The notes: generated from the letters alone by a model not told the origin. Numbered from the stretch's first letter, positions 8,415 through 18,763 are shown. The stretch is 64,000 nucleotides of DNA from Candidatus Bathyarchaeota archaeon (GCA_018396865.1 JAGTRB010000001.1:133970-197969), one strand, 5' to 3'. Numbers and translations: made by a program.

Positions 8415-10316
8415 GTGGTGGATAAGTTGCCGTTTGGATATAACGGAAAGGCCCTATGGGTGGATCTCGAGAGCGGGGGGATGAGGGTTGAGGAGCCTTC
8501 AGAGAGCTGGTACAGGATGTATCTTGGGGGTATGGGGGCCGTGGCCTACCACCTCCTCAGAGAGCTGGAGGTAGGAGTGGATCCCCTAGGCCCAGATAAC
8601 ATCTTGGTGATGGCGACGGGAGTAATAACCGGCGCTCCATTCTCAGGGAGCGGGCGAAACGCCGTGGGCGGAAAATCCCCACTAACCGGAGGCTTCGGGG
8701 AGTCTGATGTTGGAGGCTACTGGGGGGCTGAGCTGAAGCACGCCGGCTTCGACGCCATAATCTTCAAAGGGGCCTCGGAGGAGCCCGTCTGGCTCTGGGT
8801 TGAGGATGGGAAGGCCGAGCTGAGGGACGCCTCAAGCCTCTGGGGCCTCGAGGTTGGGGATTGCCAGGATAGGATGAGGGAGGAGGTGGGTGAGCCCCAG
8901 GCCAAGACGGCCCTCATAGGACCTGGAGGGGAGAGGATGGTCAGGTTCGCCTCCGTCATCAACGATCTCAACCATGTAGCTGGAAGAGGCGGAATGGGCG
9001 CTGTTATGGGGTCCAAGAAGCTGAAGGGGGTGGCTGTGAGGGGCCACAACCCTCCGAAGGTTGCGGATCCAGAGAGGGTTAGGGAGCTGGCCAGGCTCGT
9101 CAACTCTAGGATACCGACCGAGTCTCGGAGCCTCCACGAGTACGGGACCGGAGCGGCGATGGACGCCTACGCTGAGACGGGGAACCTCCCGACGAGAAAC
9201 TTCAGGGATGGAGGCTTCAAGGAGGTCACTGAGATAGACGCGATAACCCTCAAAAAGAGGTTCATCGTTAGGATGGAGACCTGCTACGCTTGTGGGGTGC
9301 GCTGCAAAAAGGTTGTTGAGCTTAAGGAGCCCTACATCGTTGAGGCGAGGTATGGGGGACCGGAATATGAAACCCTAGCAGCCCTCGGCTCAGACTGCGG
9401 TGTCTCAGACCTAGCCGCCATATGCAAGGCCAACGAGCTATGCCAGAGGTATGGACTTGATACGATAAGCACCGGGGCCACAATAGCCTTCGCCATGGAG
9501 TGCTACGAGAACAAGATAATCACTAAGGAGGATACCGGCGGGATCGACCTGAGATTCGGGAACGCTGAGGCCATGGTCAGGATGGTTGAGATGATCGGGA
9601 GGAGGGAGGGGCTAGGAGACCTGTTGGCCGAGGGGGTGAAGAGGGCCTCGGAGAGGCTTGGAGGGGGAGCGGAGGCCTACGCCATCCACGTGAAGGGTTT
9701 GGAGGTCCCGATGCATGAGCCGAGGTTGAAGAAGGGGCTCGGCCTAGGCTACGCCGTCTGCCCCATGGGCGCGGATCACTGCGCCAACTTCCACGACACC
9801 TTCATGACGCCCGAGAACTACTTGAGGGTAAGGCCCCTCGGGATCCTCGAGGAGGTCCCGGTCGACAGCCTGGGAGGGGATAAGGTGAGGCTGTATAAGA
9901 GGTGGACGGAGATGAGGGTGGTCGCCAACAGCCTATCCATCTGCCAGTTCCCACCTTGGAGGTTCACGGAGTATGTGGACCTGGTTCAGGCTGTCACTGG
10001 ATGGGACATATCGATACTGGAGCTCGCTGAGGCCGCTGAGAGGATCATCACCCTGGCCAGGTTATTCAACGTGAGGGAGGGCCTAACATCAGCTGACGAC
10101 TGGCTCCCTGGGAGGTTCTTCCAGCCTCAGACCTCGGGCCCCCTATCCAAGAGGGCGATGGATCCCCAGGAGCTCAGGAGGGCTATAGACCTCTACTACG
10201 AGATGATGGGCTGGGACAGGGATGGGATACCCTTACAAGGGACCCTCGAGAAGCTCGGGATCGGGTGGGCTGAGGAGCATCTCCCCTTCAAAGGGACTGA
10301 GAGGCTGATAGTCTGA
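8415..10316 (+). CDS. aor: Tungsten aldehyde:ferredoxin oxidoreductase family protein
   Basis: KSPLTGG, AGRGGMGAVMGSKKLK, CYACGVRC, GPEYET, GLDTIS, GADHC. Confidence 0.95.
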   Translation: MVDKLPFGYNGKALWVDLESGGMRVEEPSESWYRMYLGGMGAVAYHLLRELEVGVDPLGPDNILVMATGVITGAPFSGSGRNAVGGKSPLTGGFGESDVGGYWGAELKHAGFDAIIFKGASEEPVWLWVEDGKAELRDASSLWGLEVGDCQDRMREEVGEPQAKTALIGPGGERMVRFASVINDLNHVAGRGGMGAVMGSKKLKGVAVRGHNPPKVADPERVRELARLVNSRIPTESRSLHEYGTGAAMDAYAETGNLPTRNFRDGGFKEVTEIDAITLKKRFIVRMETCYACGVRCKKVVELKEPYIVEARYGGPEYETLAALGSDCGVSDLAAICKANELCQRYGLDTISTGATIAFAMECYENKIITKEDTGGIDLRFGNAEAMVRMVEMIGRREGLGDLLAEGVKRASERLGGGAEAYAIHVKGLEVPMHEPRLKKGLGLGYAVCPMGADHCANFHDTFMTPENYLRVRPLGILEEVPVDSLGGDKVRLYKRWTEMRVVANSLSICQFPPWRFTEYVDLVQAVTGWDISILELAEAAERIITLARLFNVREGLTSADDWLPGRFFQPQTSGPLSKRAMDPQELRRAIDLYYEMMGWDRDGIPLQGTLEKLGIGWAEEHLPFKGTERLIV

Positions 10317-10626
10317 AGGGTTCAGCCCTAAAAACTCTATACGAGCTTTTCCAAAATACCCACTCCCGCTATGAGGCCCTTCAGCTCTCTACTTTCAAGT
10401 TCTTTTACAAAATAAATATTGTCGGCTCTGTGTTCGATAAGCTGGGCGTCATAACCTGAGCATCCTCAAGCTCCTGCGGATATCAAACCTCCTTCTTATT
10501 TCAGGTCATGGTAAAGTATCTTTTACAGCCTTCCCCTCTTTCACCATTTCTATAAACAGGCTGAAAAGGATAACAGAACTTACTTCATTCCATATTTATG
10601 AAGGGGCTTAAACCCGCGCCTCATAG

Positions 10627-11028
10627 CTAAATGAACAGAGCCCTCACTCCAAAATCTCCGGCTACCTTAACTTGTTTATCATCCCTCGATATCAATTCAA
10701 CTTTACGCCTCCTCGCCAATTCTATGTATAACGCGTCATATATCGATACATCGCCTTTAAACGCTATGTTAAACGCTTCTTCTAGTAGGGCCTCTTGACT
10801 CTCAATTTTAATGTTAATATTTAATAGATATTTTAGGGCCTCAAATGCCTTTCCGACTTCTTCAAGCTTTAACCTGTTCCTCCTATAAGCTAGTAAAATG
10901 GCGTTGGCGACTTCCTTCAATACTAAATCTAAACTAATGGTACCCTCTAATATAAATTTCCTAATCTCTTCAAATCCTTCCTCCCTTAAGAGATATGCTG
11001 AAAGTGCTGAAGCATCAATGACCTTCAC
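10627..11028 (-). CDS. vapC: VapC (PIN) toxin
   Basis: VIDASAL, KEVANA, IYDALYI, SRD. Confidence 0.9.
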   Translation of the reverse strand: MKVIDASALSAYLLREEGFEEIRKFILEGTISLDLVLKEVANAILLAYRRNRLKLEEVGKAFEALKYLLNINIKIESQEALLEEAFNIAFKGDVSIYDALYIELARRRKVELISRDDKQVKVAGDFGVRALFI

Positions 11029-11260
11029 GATCCTCCCTCACCAACCGCGAAATAGATCCTTTAGGCTGCTTTGGCATATCCTTAAGAATGTTCTCGACCA
11101 CCTCAACATTTCTTATCCTCTCAAACTCCTCAATCTTCATAACTATGAACTCCCTAATCTCCTTGGGCCAATCAACCACGTTTTTAAGACTATCCATCTT
11201 TACTTTAACCTCCCTTGGAACCTTAACGCTCACAACGCTCACGGCGGATCGGTATACCAA
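11015..11260 (-). CDS. vapB: VapB-type (RHH) antitoxin
   Basis: VVSVKVPREVK..VDWPKEIREFI..SRLVREDRE; overlaps the toxin start. Confidence 0.85.
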   Translation of the reverse strand: MVYRSAVSVVSVKVPREVKVKMDSLKNVVDWPKEIREFIVMKIEEFERIRNVEVVENILKDMPKQPKGSISRLVREDREGH

Positions 11261-11462
11261 TAGGTAAACCTATATATAAGAACCCCGTCTACCAAAAAGA
11301 GGGGGTAAGCCATTATCTCCGATTTCGGTCTCTCGGTTGTAGCTTGCTTCTCCAAACCCTTGCTTATTTATGTCTTATTGTTCAACTCTATCCATTTTCC
11401 TAAGCGAGAAATCTGCATGAAAATGGGGAATGGTGGAGAGTTGTAGCTTAGAGGTATTGACC

Positions 11463-12857
11463 TCAAGCTCTCTTTGGAAGGTCGAACCTCTTCGCAGTCT
11501 CCCCTATAACCTCCTCTAGGAGGTTGAGGCCCTCCTCCACCTGCTCCTCTGTTATGGTTAGGCAGGGCATCATCCTTATTATGCCTGTCCCCGGGCTGGT
11601 TCCGACTATGAGGCCCTTCTCCTTGGCCTTATCTGTGAGGTAGACCATTGGGTTGTGACTTGGGTCAAGCCTCTGCTCGGGGGTCAGGCTCTTCGGGACT
11701 ATGTCATCTCTGGTCTCGGGGTTTGCCACGAGCTCGACACCCATGAAGAGGCCTAGGCCCCTTATGTCTCCGATTATGGGCTGCCTCTCCTGCATTCCCC
11801 TCAACTCATCCATCATATACGCCCCCATCTTGGCAGCCCTCTCCGCCAGCCTCTCCTTATAATAGTAGTCTATCACCGCGAGAGCGGTGGCGCAGGCCAG
11901 AGCGTGGCCGCTGTAAGTATAGCTGTGGGGAAAGCCCTTCTCGTCGAAGTAGTCGGCGATCTTCTTGTTGACGATGGTGGCCCCCAATGGGACGTAGCCT
12001 GAGGTTATCCCCTTCGCGTAGGTCTCGATGTCTGGAAGCACGTTCCAGTGCTCGCAGGCGAACATCCTCCCAGTCCTCGCGAAGCCGGTCATAACCTCGT
12101 CGAAGATTAGGAGGATCCCCTTCTCGTCGCAGATCCTCCTCAACCTGGGCCAGTAATCTGGGGGTGGGACCACCTGCCCAGCCCAGCTGCATATAGGCTC
12201 CGCCATGAAGGCGGCTATGAACTTCTCCCCCTCCTTCTCCATCGTGTAGCGGATGAAATCAGCGCAGAGGAGGTCGCAGTCAGGATAGGTCTTCTTGAAT
12301 GGGCACCTGTAGCAGTATGGGGCGGGTACATGCTTGAACTCCTCGAAGATGCTGAGGCCTGGGAGCTGCCTATTACGGGCGCTCCCTCCCACGCTCATAG
12401 AGGCATAGGTGGAGCCATGATAGGCATCCCAGAAACTTATGATCTTGGGGGCTCCCCTATAGAGCTGAGCGAGCTTTATCGCAGCCTCATTCGCCTCCGT
12501 CCCGCTATTGCTGAAGAATGATTTGCACAGGTCGCCTGGGGTTATCTGGGCGAGCCTCTTGGCCAGCTGTATCTGGGGAACGTTGAAGTAGCTGGGGGAA
12601 GAATAGGCGAGCTCCTCGAGCTGCCTCTTAGCGGCCTCGATGATCTCCCTGTTCCCCAGCCCGATATGGACATTATAAAGTTGAGAGATGAGATCTATGT
12701 ATCTCTTTCCTCTGGCATCATAGAAGTACGCACCCTCACCCCAAACGACGATGGGCTCCTCAACCCCTGGACGGGGCTCCCACCTCTGGATCAGGTAGGT
12801 CTTCCCCTCATCGTAGAGGCGCTTAACCTCATCCTCACTGAAAGGCTTACAACTCAT
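11463..12857 (-). CDS. Class III PLP aminotransferase
   Basis: [50 protein letters not shown]. Confidence 0.95.
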   Translation of the reverse strand: MSCKPFSEDEVKRLYDEGKTYLIQRWEPRPGVEEPIVVWGEGAYFYDARGKRYIDLISQLYNVHIGLGNREIIEAAKRQLEELAYSSPSYFNVPQIQLAKRLAQITPGDLCKSFFSNSGTEANEAAIKLAQLYRGAPKIISFWDAYHGSTYASMSVGGSARNRQLPGLSIFEEFKHVPAPYCYRCPFKKTYPDCDLLCADFIRYTMEKEGEKFIAAFMAEPICSWAGQVVPPPDYWPRLRRICDEKGILLIFDEVMTGFARTGRMFACEHWNVLPDIETYAKGITSGYVPLGATIVNKKIADYFDEKGFPHSYTYSGHALACATALAVIDYYYKERLAERAAKMGAYMMDELRGMQERQPIIGDIRGLGLFMGVELVANPETRDDIVPKSLTPEQRLDPSHNPMVYLTDKAKEKGLIVGTSPGTGIIRMMPCLTITEEQVEEGLNLLEEVIGETAKRFDLPKRA

Positions 12858-12921
12858 AAAGGATCCCGGATACTCATGAAACCTAAGGGTTCTTAACCGT
12901 TATCCCCATGTTTGTTAATAA

Positions 12922-13341
12922 TTAGGGGATATCCTCCGGAACTCTTCTTTTAACCCACCCCACTGAGTCAAAATCGTCATCATATGAAACTATCGTTTCC
13001 ATGGAAAGCTCTTTCAGAGCTTGAACCGCGAGGGCATCGTCGAAATCCAAGCCATAATCCTTCATCATGAAGGTAGCCCTTATCCGGCCCCTTAACCCCA
13101 TAGGATAGATCTGGAGCCCCCTATAGCGGAGGAGGGAGGACAGGAACAATGCCAGCTCCTCCCAGGTTTTACCGTAATTCTCCATGACAACTAAGATAGA
13201 GTCCACGTGGAAGTCCGTTATCGCCGACCTGATGGAGCCCTCCCTCACCCTCCTCAAGAATCTTTTACAAGCCTCTGCATGCTGCTCCGCCAATGCCACC
13301 TCTAGGAATATGTTCGAGTCAATTAACACAGCGGTATCCAA
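12922..13341 (-). CDS. vapC: VapC (PIN) toxin; likely start TTG 13341
   Basis: LIDSNIFLE, LDFDDALAV, SYDDDFD. Confidence 0.9.
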   Translation of the reverse strand: MDTAVLIDSNIFLEVALAEQHAEACKRFLRRVREGSIRSAITDFHVDSILVVMENYGKTWEELALFLSSLLRYRGLQIYPMGLRGRIRATFMMKDYGLDFDDALAVQALKELSMETIVSYDDDFDSVGWVKRRVPEDIP

Positions 13342-13609
13342 GGGCCTTCCCAGCCCTGATTCTCCGAGCCTCATGCTGAAGCTCCACCCCAGACCTCTCA
13401 ACGTGGGAGAGCATGCCATAAATAGCCTCCACCGGATCCTCTACGGATTCTGCGACCTCGAGGACCTCCGAGACCTGAGATAGCCAAGCGCTGAAGGCCT
13501 TCTCGGAGGCGACGCTCAGCGACCCCCGGCCATAGCCGTAAAGCCTCATCGCGGCCTCCCTGAACCTCCGCTCCAGCTCGTCGGGTATATAAACCTTGAT
13601 TCCACCCAT
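13319..13609 (-). CDS. RHH antitoxin; likely start ATG 13609
   Basis: MGGIKVYIPDELERRFREAAM..GRGSLS..SGVELQHEA; overlaps the PIN gene. Confidence 0.85.
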   Translation of the reverse strand: MGGIKVYIPDELERRFREAAMRLYGYGRGSLSVASEKAFSAWLSQVSEVLEVAESVEDPVEAIYGMLSHVERSGVELQHEARRIRAGKALGYRCVN

Positions 13610-13848
13610 CTTAATTCCTAAATTACTAAAGGAATAAAGACCTTTATATCTTTTGGCCCATAGATCTCCCACTGCCCTAGACCCCAGAGGAATGGATGTG
13701 CCTTGTATATGAAAATTGAAAAAGATGCCCGAGAAACAAATTCAGGATCGAGAAGGATTGGAAAGCATGGTCTATATCCCAAGGAGGTATCAATTCCTGT
13801 ATATAGAAAGTTGATTATATTGATTTTGTTGATTTAATCTTAAGTTTT

Positions 13849-14418
13849 TTAAATATTGATATCTCTATAATATCTTGTGCTTGGACAACCTAAACATTTG
13901 TTTTCATTATATCTAAGACATTTTCCGCAATTTATGCCACACGGTGCATCTTCTTCAGATTTATCGGTGAAGAGTCTTATTGGTATGAATTTAGGTAATT
14001 CTGGTGTTTCACCTATTATCACCTCGGAGCGTCTGATTCCCTTATGAACCCTTATGGAGCAAACCTCAACCATAGAATTCAGAGTATCCATGTCTTCAGC
14101 GATCATGATAGTCATCAAATTATATTCTCCAGTGGTTCTCGTTATGAAAATGGCTCTAGGACATTTAGAAAATATTTTCATCAATTCTCTCTGAAGCTCG
14201 TGAGTTTCAGCCTCACAATTTACTATCACAATTCTAAATCCTAGTTTATCTATGTTCATTCCAGCATAGATATTTACGAGATTTTCTTCACATAGATTCT
14301 TCAATCTGTTCCCTACCGCTACATGAGATAGCCCGAGCATCCTGCCCATCGAGCTGAGAGAGGCTCTTCCATCCCTGAGGAGTATTGAATAGATCCTCTT
14401 ATCCAGCTCATCCATCAT
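13849..14418 (-). CDS. Lrp/AsnC family regulator with a C-terminal Cys cluster; start near 14415-14418
   Basis: MDELDKRIYSILLRDGRAS HTH, RAM-like TTGEYNL, tail APCGINCGKC..CLGCP. Confidence 0.9.
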   Translation of the reverse strand: MMDELDKRIYSILLRDGRASLSSMGRMLGLSHVAVGNRLKNLCEENLVNIYAGMNIDKLGFRIVIVNCEAETHELQRELMKIFSKCPRAIFITRTTGEYNLMTIMIAEDMDTLNSMVEVCSIRVHKGIRRSEVIIGETPELPKFIPIRLFTDKSEEDAPCGINCGKCLRYNENKCLGCPSTRYYRDINI

Positions 14419-14430
14419 TACAAAATGTAA
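14418..14430. promoter_or_regulatory. Palindrome in the divergent lrp/oxidoreductase promoter (candidate operator)
   Basis: TTACA-AAA-TGTAA next to TATA-like ATATTTAT and TTTATAAA. Confidence 0.45.
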
Positions 14431-14473
14431 CAAAAGAGATATATTTATGTTTCTAATTTATAAACTGGCTGTG

Positions 14474-17149
14474 ATGAAAGATACAAGTCTTATTTTGTCA
14501 GCTTCTTCGGAAAGCGATGAAGATATAGAACTGAAGTACGGATATTGCAGAAATAACTGCATGCTTCATTGCGGAAGGATAGCCGTTGTGAAGAATGGAA
14601 GGGTTGTTGAAATTCGCGGTTGGAAAGGCCATCCCATAAGCGACGGGAAACTCTGCGCTAAGGGATTGGCTGCGATCGATGACACGTACAGTGAAAACAG
14701 GATTCTTTACCCGATGAAGAGGGTTGGAGAAGAATTTGAAAGAATTGGCTGGGAACAGGCACTGAACGAAATTGCTGAAAGGCTCCGAGAAATACGTAAG
14801 GAATGGGATGGAAAGCCTCTTCATGATATGACTGCCGAGGAGCTTAGAAGGGTCGCTCGGTATGCTACTCCAAGAAACTCATGTGGAGAGGCAGAATTTT
14901 TAATTTATATGAGGTTCGGTAGGGCATTCAAATCAGCCCCCCACTATTCTGGATGCATAGCTTGCAACGGCAACTGGTGGAGAGCGCGACTCGCCGTTAC
15001 AGGACACGAGCACCCAGTCAATCCTATAGACACTATCATTGACTCTAAACTCATCTTAGACTTTGGTTATAACATAGCCGAAACAGCTGTTGTAGCCTTT
15101 AAGTGGATAAGAAAAGCGAGGGATAATGGAGTAGAGTTCATCTACATCGACCCTAGGTATACAAAAACAGCTGCTGGAGCAAGCGAATATATACCCATTA
15201 GACCAGGAACTGATGGCGCATTAATCCTAGGAATAATGTATGTCCTCATAGAAAACAATTGGACCTATCCGTACCTGCAATATTATGTTGACGAGAAAGA
15301 GTATGAAGACTTCGTTGAGAAGGTTGTTAAGAAATATCCTCCGGAGAAAGTTGAGAAGATCACATGGGTTCCATCAGCTAAGATAAGAGAGTTAGCACAG
15401 AAAATCCATGAAGCTGGACGTAAAGTTGCTATAATCTCCGGCTCGCGCACGAGCACACAGACAAATGGATTCGATACCGGAAGATTATTTGCTATATTAA
15501 ATTTGATGATTGGCTGTTATGGGGTATCTGGAGGCGGAGACTACAACCCTAAACCGGGAGTCGTCCCCTCCCACTATATTCCATGGGCTGCAGCGGCTCC
15601 ACATAAATATCCAGAATTCATGTACCCCGATGATCCACACCACTGGGGTAAGGGCTGGATTCCCGAGGCCGCCTGGCCTCAGGTAAAAGAACAAATGAAA
15701 GCATATATCGGTTTAGGTGGAAACCCGATTGTCCGGGCAGCAGGAGATCAGCGAGGGGTCTTTGAACACTTGAAGAAGAACGGGTTGGTGGTAGTTGGCA
15801 CAGCTGAATGGAACGAAATGTGCGATTATGCCCATTACATACTTCCATTGACAACCGATCTCGAGTCATCGGGTTCAACAATTTTATGTTCAACCAATCG
15901 TGCCGTGCAATGGAAGGATGCAGCAGTTCCCCCGCTTGGAGAGGCTAAACCCGACTGGTGGATCATGAATGAACTAGCCCATAGAATATTCGGGGATGAA
16001 ACCATGTTCAGGGAATGCCCAGACTGCGAAAGGAGGGTAAAGGAGATTCTAAGACAAGGAGGCATATTAGACGAGGCTTGGGAAGAACTTATAGGGCAAT
16101 ATCTCGATGAAATCCACACACGCCTATCAAAGGGAGAGAATATAGACGATATCGCCGCTGACCTTGCCAAAAGAATCGGTCATGATCCAAGTAATCACAA
16201 ATATGTCATAAGAAACATTGAATTACGCTACCGTTTAGAATTTAAAAAGTTGGGTGAAAAGGTCGGATTTGACCTTGACAACCATGGCCTATTATGGCCC
16301 TACAACATATTCAAGCAGGGACCAGAAGCAATATACTGGTACTGGTGGAAATTCAACATGATTTTATGGCCAGTACCACCAGGATCCCCTGCAGAGAAAG
16401 AACCAGAAAAATATCATCCATTCTCAGGGCTTAGGCTAGATATCGTGAAACAGAGGGGCGTCGTCTACTTCCCAGCCCCACTGTTTCTGATGGAGGAAGA
16501 CCCCAACTACCGCGGGGAGAAAGTTGAATTCGAGAGATGTCCAGGGTGCTGGAAAAAGAGCACAGAGATGGGGTTACCCGATATACCCCTACTTTGGACC
16601 CCATCTGAAAGGTGGAATGGCAAGACGGGGGGCTTCTATCCATGGAAGGCTGGGAAGGCTTACATTGACCTGAAAGGGGAAACATGGAATGGCGCAGGCC
16701 TTCCAGAGTGGAAAGAACCGGCGGAATCTCCTAAAGACACAAGTGAAAAGATCGATTGGAAAGAAGAATATCCTTTGGTAATGACCACTGGCAAGCTTAC
16801 ACATCTGATGACTGGCCACAGCCAAAACATTAACGAACTTCTTTTAAGGATTGATGAAAAGCCTTCTGTTTGGATCCATCCATCCACCGCTGAATACTTA
16901 GGAATCAAGGATGGAGATATCGTCAAGATAATAACTCCTAGGTCGCCCAAAAACGGCCTGAAAATGAGGGTTAAACTGACTGCGCGTATTCATCCAAAGA
17001 TAGTATTCGTACCAACCCACACGGGTCCGAAGGCGATAAGTGAAGATTTCCGAAATGAGGGTGTAATGCTTGTAACATCAACGGGTGAGGATCCATACAC
17101 AAGAATGGTTGGATATAGCACAAATGCTTGCAGAGTTGAGAAGGTGTAG
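14474..17149 (+). CDS. Mo/W-bisPGD (DMSO reductase family) oxidoreductase catalytic subunit, cytoplasmic
   Basis: CRNNCMLHC...LCAKG [4Fe-4S], GWEQAL, IDPRYTKTA, IRPGTDGAL, EAKPDW, molydopterin-binding C-domain (WIHPSTAE); no twin-Arg signal. Confidence 0.92.
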   Translation: MKDTSLILSASSESDEDIELKYGYCRNNCMLHCGRIAVVKNGRVVEIRGWKGHPISDGKLCAKGLAAIDDTYSENRILYPMKRVGEEFERIGWEQALNEIAERLREIRKEWDGKPLHDMTAEELRRVARYATPRNSCGEAEFLIYMRFGRAFKSAPHYSGCIACNGNWWRARLAVTGHEHPVNPIDTIIDSKLILDFGYNIAETAVVAFKWIRKARDNGVEFIYIDPRYTKTAAGASEYIPIRPGTDGALILGIMYVLIENNWTYPYLQYYVDEKEYEDFVEKVVKKYPPEKVEKITWVPSAKIRELAQKIHEAGRKVAIISGSRTSTQTNGFDTGRLFAILNLMIGCYGVSGGGDYNPKPGVVPSHYIPWAAAAPHKYPEFMYPDDPHHWGKGWIPEAAWPQVKEQMKAYIGLGGNPIVRAAGDQRGVFEHLKKNGLVVVGTAEWNEMCDYAHYILPLTTDLESSGSTILCSTNRAVQWKDAAVPPLGEAKPDWWIMNELAHRIFGDETMFRECPDCERRVKEILRQGGILDEAWEELIGQYLDEIHTRLSKGENIDDIAADLAKRIGHDPSNHKYVIRNIELRYRLEFKKLGEKVGFDLDNHGLLWPYNIFKQGPEAIYWYWWKFNMILWPVPPGSPAEKEPEKYHPFSGLRLDIVKQRGVVYFPAPLFLMEEDPNYRGEKVEFERCPGCWKKSTEMGLPDIPLLWTPSERWNGKTGGFYPWKAGKAYIDLKGETWNGAGLPEWKEPAESPKDTSEKIDWKEEYPLVMTTGKLTHLMTGHSQNINELLLRIDEKPSVWIHPSTAEYLGIKDGDIVKIITPRSPKNGLKMRVKLTARIHPKIVFVPTHTGPKAISEDFRNEGVMLVTSTGEDPYTRMVGYSTNACRVEKV

Positions 17150-17164
17150 GAGGTGGGGGAAAAA

Positions 17165-17731
17165 ATGTATGGAATACTCGTTGATGTAGACGAATGTATA
17201 GGATGCCATGCCTGCGAAGTCGCATGCAAAAACTCGCATGAGTTTCCAAAAGAGATCATGGTGCAACGGGTTATTTCAGTTGAGGAAGGCGAATTCCCCT
17301 CGGTCAAAATTCTTCAATCACCTGTTGAGAGGTGCATGCACTGTCTAGAACCAGCATGCGTTTCAGCATGCCCATTCGGCGCAATAACAAAGACCGAGCG
17401 GGGACCAGTAATTATAGATCACGAGAAATGCACCGGATGCCAGCTATGCGTAAAAGCATGCCCATGGAAAATTCCGAAGTTCAACTTAGAAACAAGGAAG
17501 GTTTACAAATGCGACCTATGCTACAATAGACTCCAGGAGGGCCTACATCCAGCATGTGTTGAAGTCTGCCCGGTTGGAGCATTAAAATTTGGAGATCGTG
17601 AGGAACTCCTCAAAGAAGCCAAATCCAGGAAGAGGTATGTTTACGGCGAGGTTGAGGCTGGCGGTACATCGCTCATTTACGCCTCGAATGAGCCTTTAAC
17701 AAAGATAGGCTTACCAAAACTGATTCCATAA
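17165..17731 (+). CDS. 4Fe-4S dicluster (DmsB/FdhB-like) electron-transfer subunit
   Basis: CIGCHACEVAC, CMHCLEPAC..CP, CTGCQLCVKACP, KCDLC..PACVEVCP. Confidence 0.95.
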   Translation: MYGILVDVDECIGCHACEVACKNSHEFPKEIMVQRVISVEEGEFPSVKILQSPVERCMHCLEPACVSACPFGAITKTERGPVIIDHEKCTGCQLCVKACPWKIPKFNLETRKVYKCDLCYNRLQEGLHPACVEVCPVGALKFGDREELLKEAKSRKRYVYGEVEAGGTSLIYASNEPLTKIGLPKLIP

Positions 17732-17734
17732 GAA

Positions 17735-18025
17735 TTGGAGATTTTAGCCCTTAACCCAGATGCGCAGAGGGCATTTGCCGAATTTCGTTTAGCAATTCTA
17801 AAAGGCGATAAAATATTGTCGCAAAGGGTCAAACGGCTTCTCGCGATTGTTGCATATGCGGTGGCTGGATGTGAGGAGTGCGTAGAAGAATGCACAAAGG
17901 AAGCACTTTCAGAAGGAATAAAAGGAGATGAAATACTTTATGCTCTTACGGTAGCATGTCTCGTTAATGGAGGCTCAGCCCTTAATACCTGTAAAAGGGC
18001 ATTCAAAATTCTCAGAGAAAAATGA
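17735..18025 (+). CDS. CMD/AhpD family protein with CxxC
   Basis: LSQRVKRLLAIV..GCEECV..EGIKGDEI. Confidence 0.8.
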   Translation: MEILALNPDAQRAFAEFRLAILKGDKILSQRVKRLLAIVAYAVAGCEECVEECTKEALSEGIKGDEILYALTVACLVNGGSALNTCKRAFKILREK

Positions 18026-18037
18026 AGATATTTAAAG

Positions 18038-18406
18038 GTGAAAAATAAAGTGAAGGAAGAAGTTTCAAAGAAAATTGAAACATTTAAAGAGGAATTCGGC
18101 AAGATATTAGATCCAGTAGCCTTTATAAAAGAAAAAGATGAAGAACTATGCAAGGCCTTCCTGGAGCTTCATGAACTTACAGTGAATAAGGGAGTTATAT
18201 CCAAAAAGCTGAAATTTTTGATGCATGCCGCCATAACAGCTTCATTACACGATGTTGAAGCGACCGCGATGCACCTTACAGGCGCACTAAAGGGGGGCGC
18301 CACCGACGATGAGATACTTGAAACAGCCTTCACGATAATACCTGTAGCAGGAATGCCAGCCTTCTCGATTTTCCTTAATGCCATTAGAAGAGTAAAACCA
18401 TTATAA
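18038..18406 (+). CDS. CMD/AhpD family protein without CxxC
   Basis: ISKKLKFLMHAAI..HLTGALKGGATDDEILE..AGMPA. Confidence 0.85.
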   Translation: MKNKVKEEVSKKIETFKEEFGKILDPVAFIKEKDEELCKAFLELHELTVNKGVISKKLKFLMHAAITASLHDVEATAMHLTGALKGGATDDEILETAFTIIPVAGMPAFSIFLNAIRRVKPL

Positions 18407-18430
18407 ACACCATGTTGAAGATGAGAACGG

Positions 18431-18754
18431 ATGATTGAAATCAAACCCCTCGAGACGCGGTCCAGAACCGCATTAGGTCTCGAGATAAGAAACCCAGAGG
18501 CGCCTGAAAAGCCAGCCATCATAGTGGTGATAGCGAGGAGGGGCCTATTGGTCTGCGGAAACTTCGATATAGATGAACTTGAAAAGAGGAATGTAACTGC
18601 AGCTAGAATAGTCGGCTTAACAAAAATTGAAGATGTTCTGCAGAGAGATGTTGTTTCTGTAACATCACGAGCTGAGGCGTTGGGCGTTGTTTCTGGAATG
18701 TCTTGGAGCGAAGCTTTCGAAAAAATGAATGTCAAAATCAATGAAAAAAGATGA
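18431..18754 (+). CDS. YunC/DUF1805 family protein
   Basis: GLLVCGNFDI, AARIVG, AEALGVVSGM. Confidence 0.85.
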   Translation: MIEIKPLETRSRTALGLEIRNPEAPEKPAIIVVIARRGLLVCGNFDIDELEKRNVTAARIVGLTKIEDVLQRDVVSVTSRAEALGVVSGMSWSEAFEKMNVKINEKR

Positions 18755-18763
18755 GTGAAATTC

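Noticed and set aside
18752-18757. Selenocysteine read-through fusing YunC to the Fe-S protein (TGA directly followed by in-frame GTG)
   Set aside because: The TGA is not at a Cys-like motif position, both domains are complete, ATG18764 has its own SD-like GAGTGA, and no SECIS was recognised.
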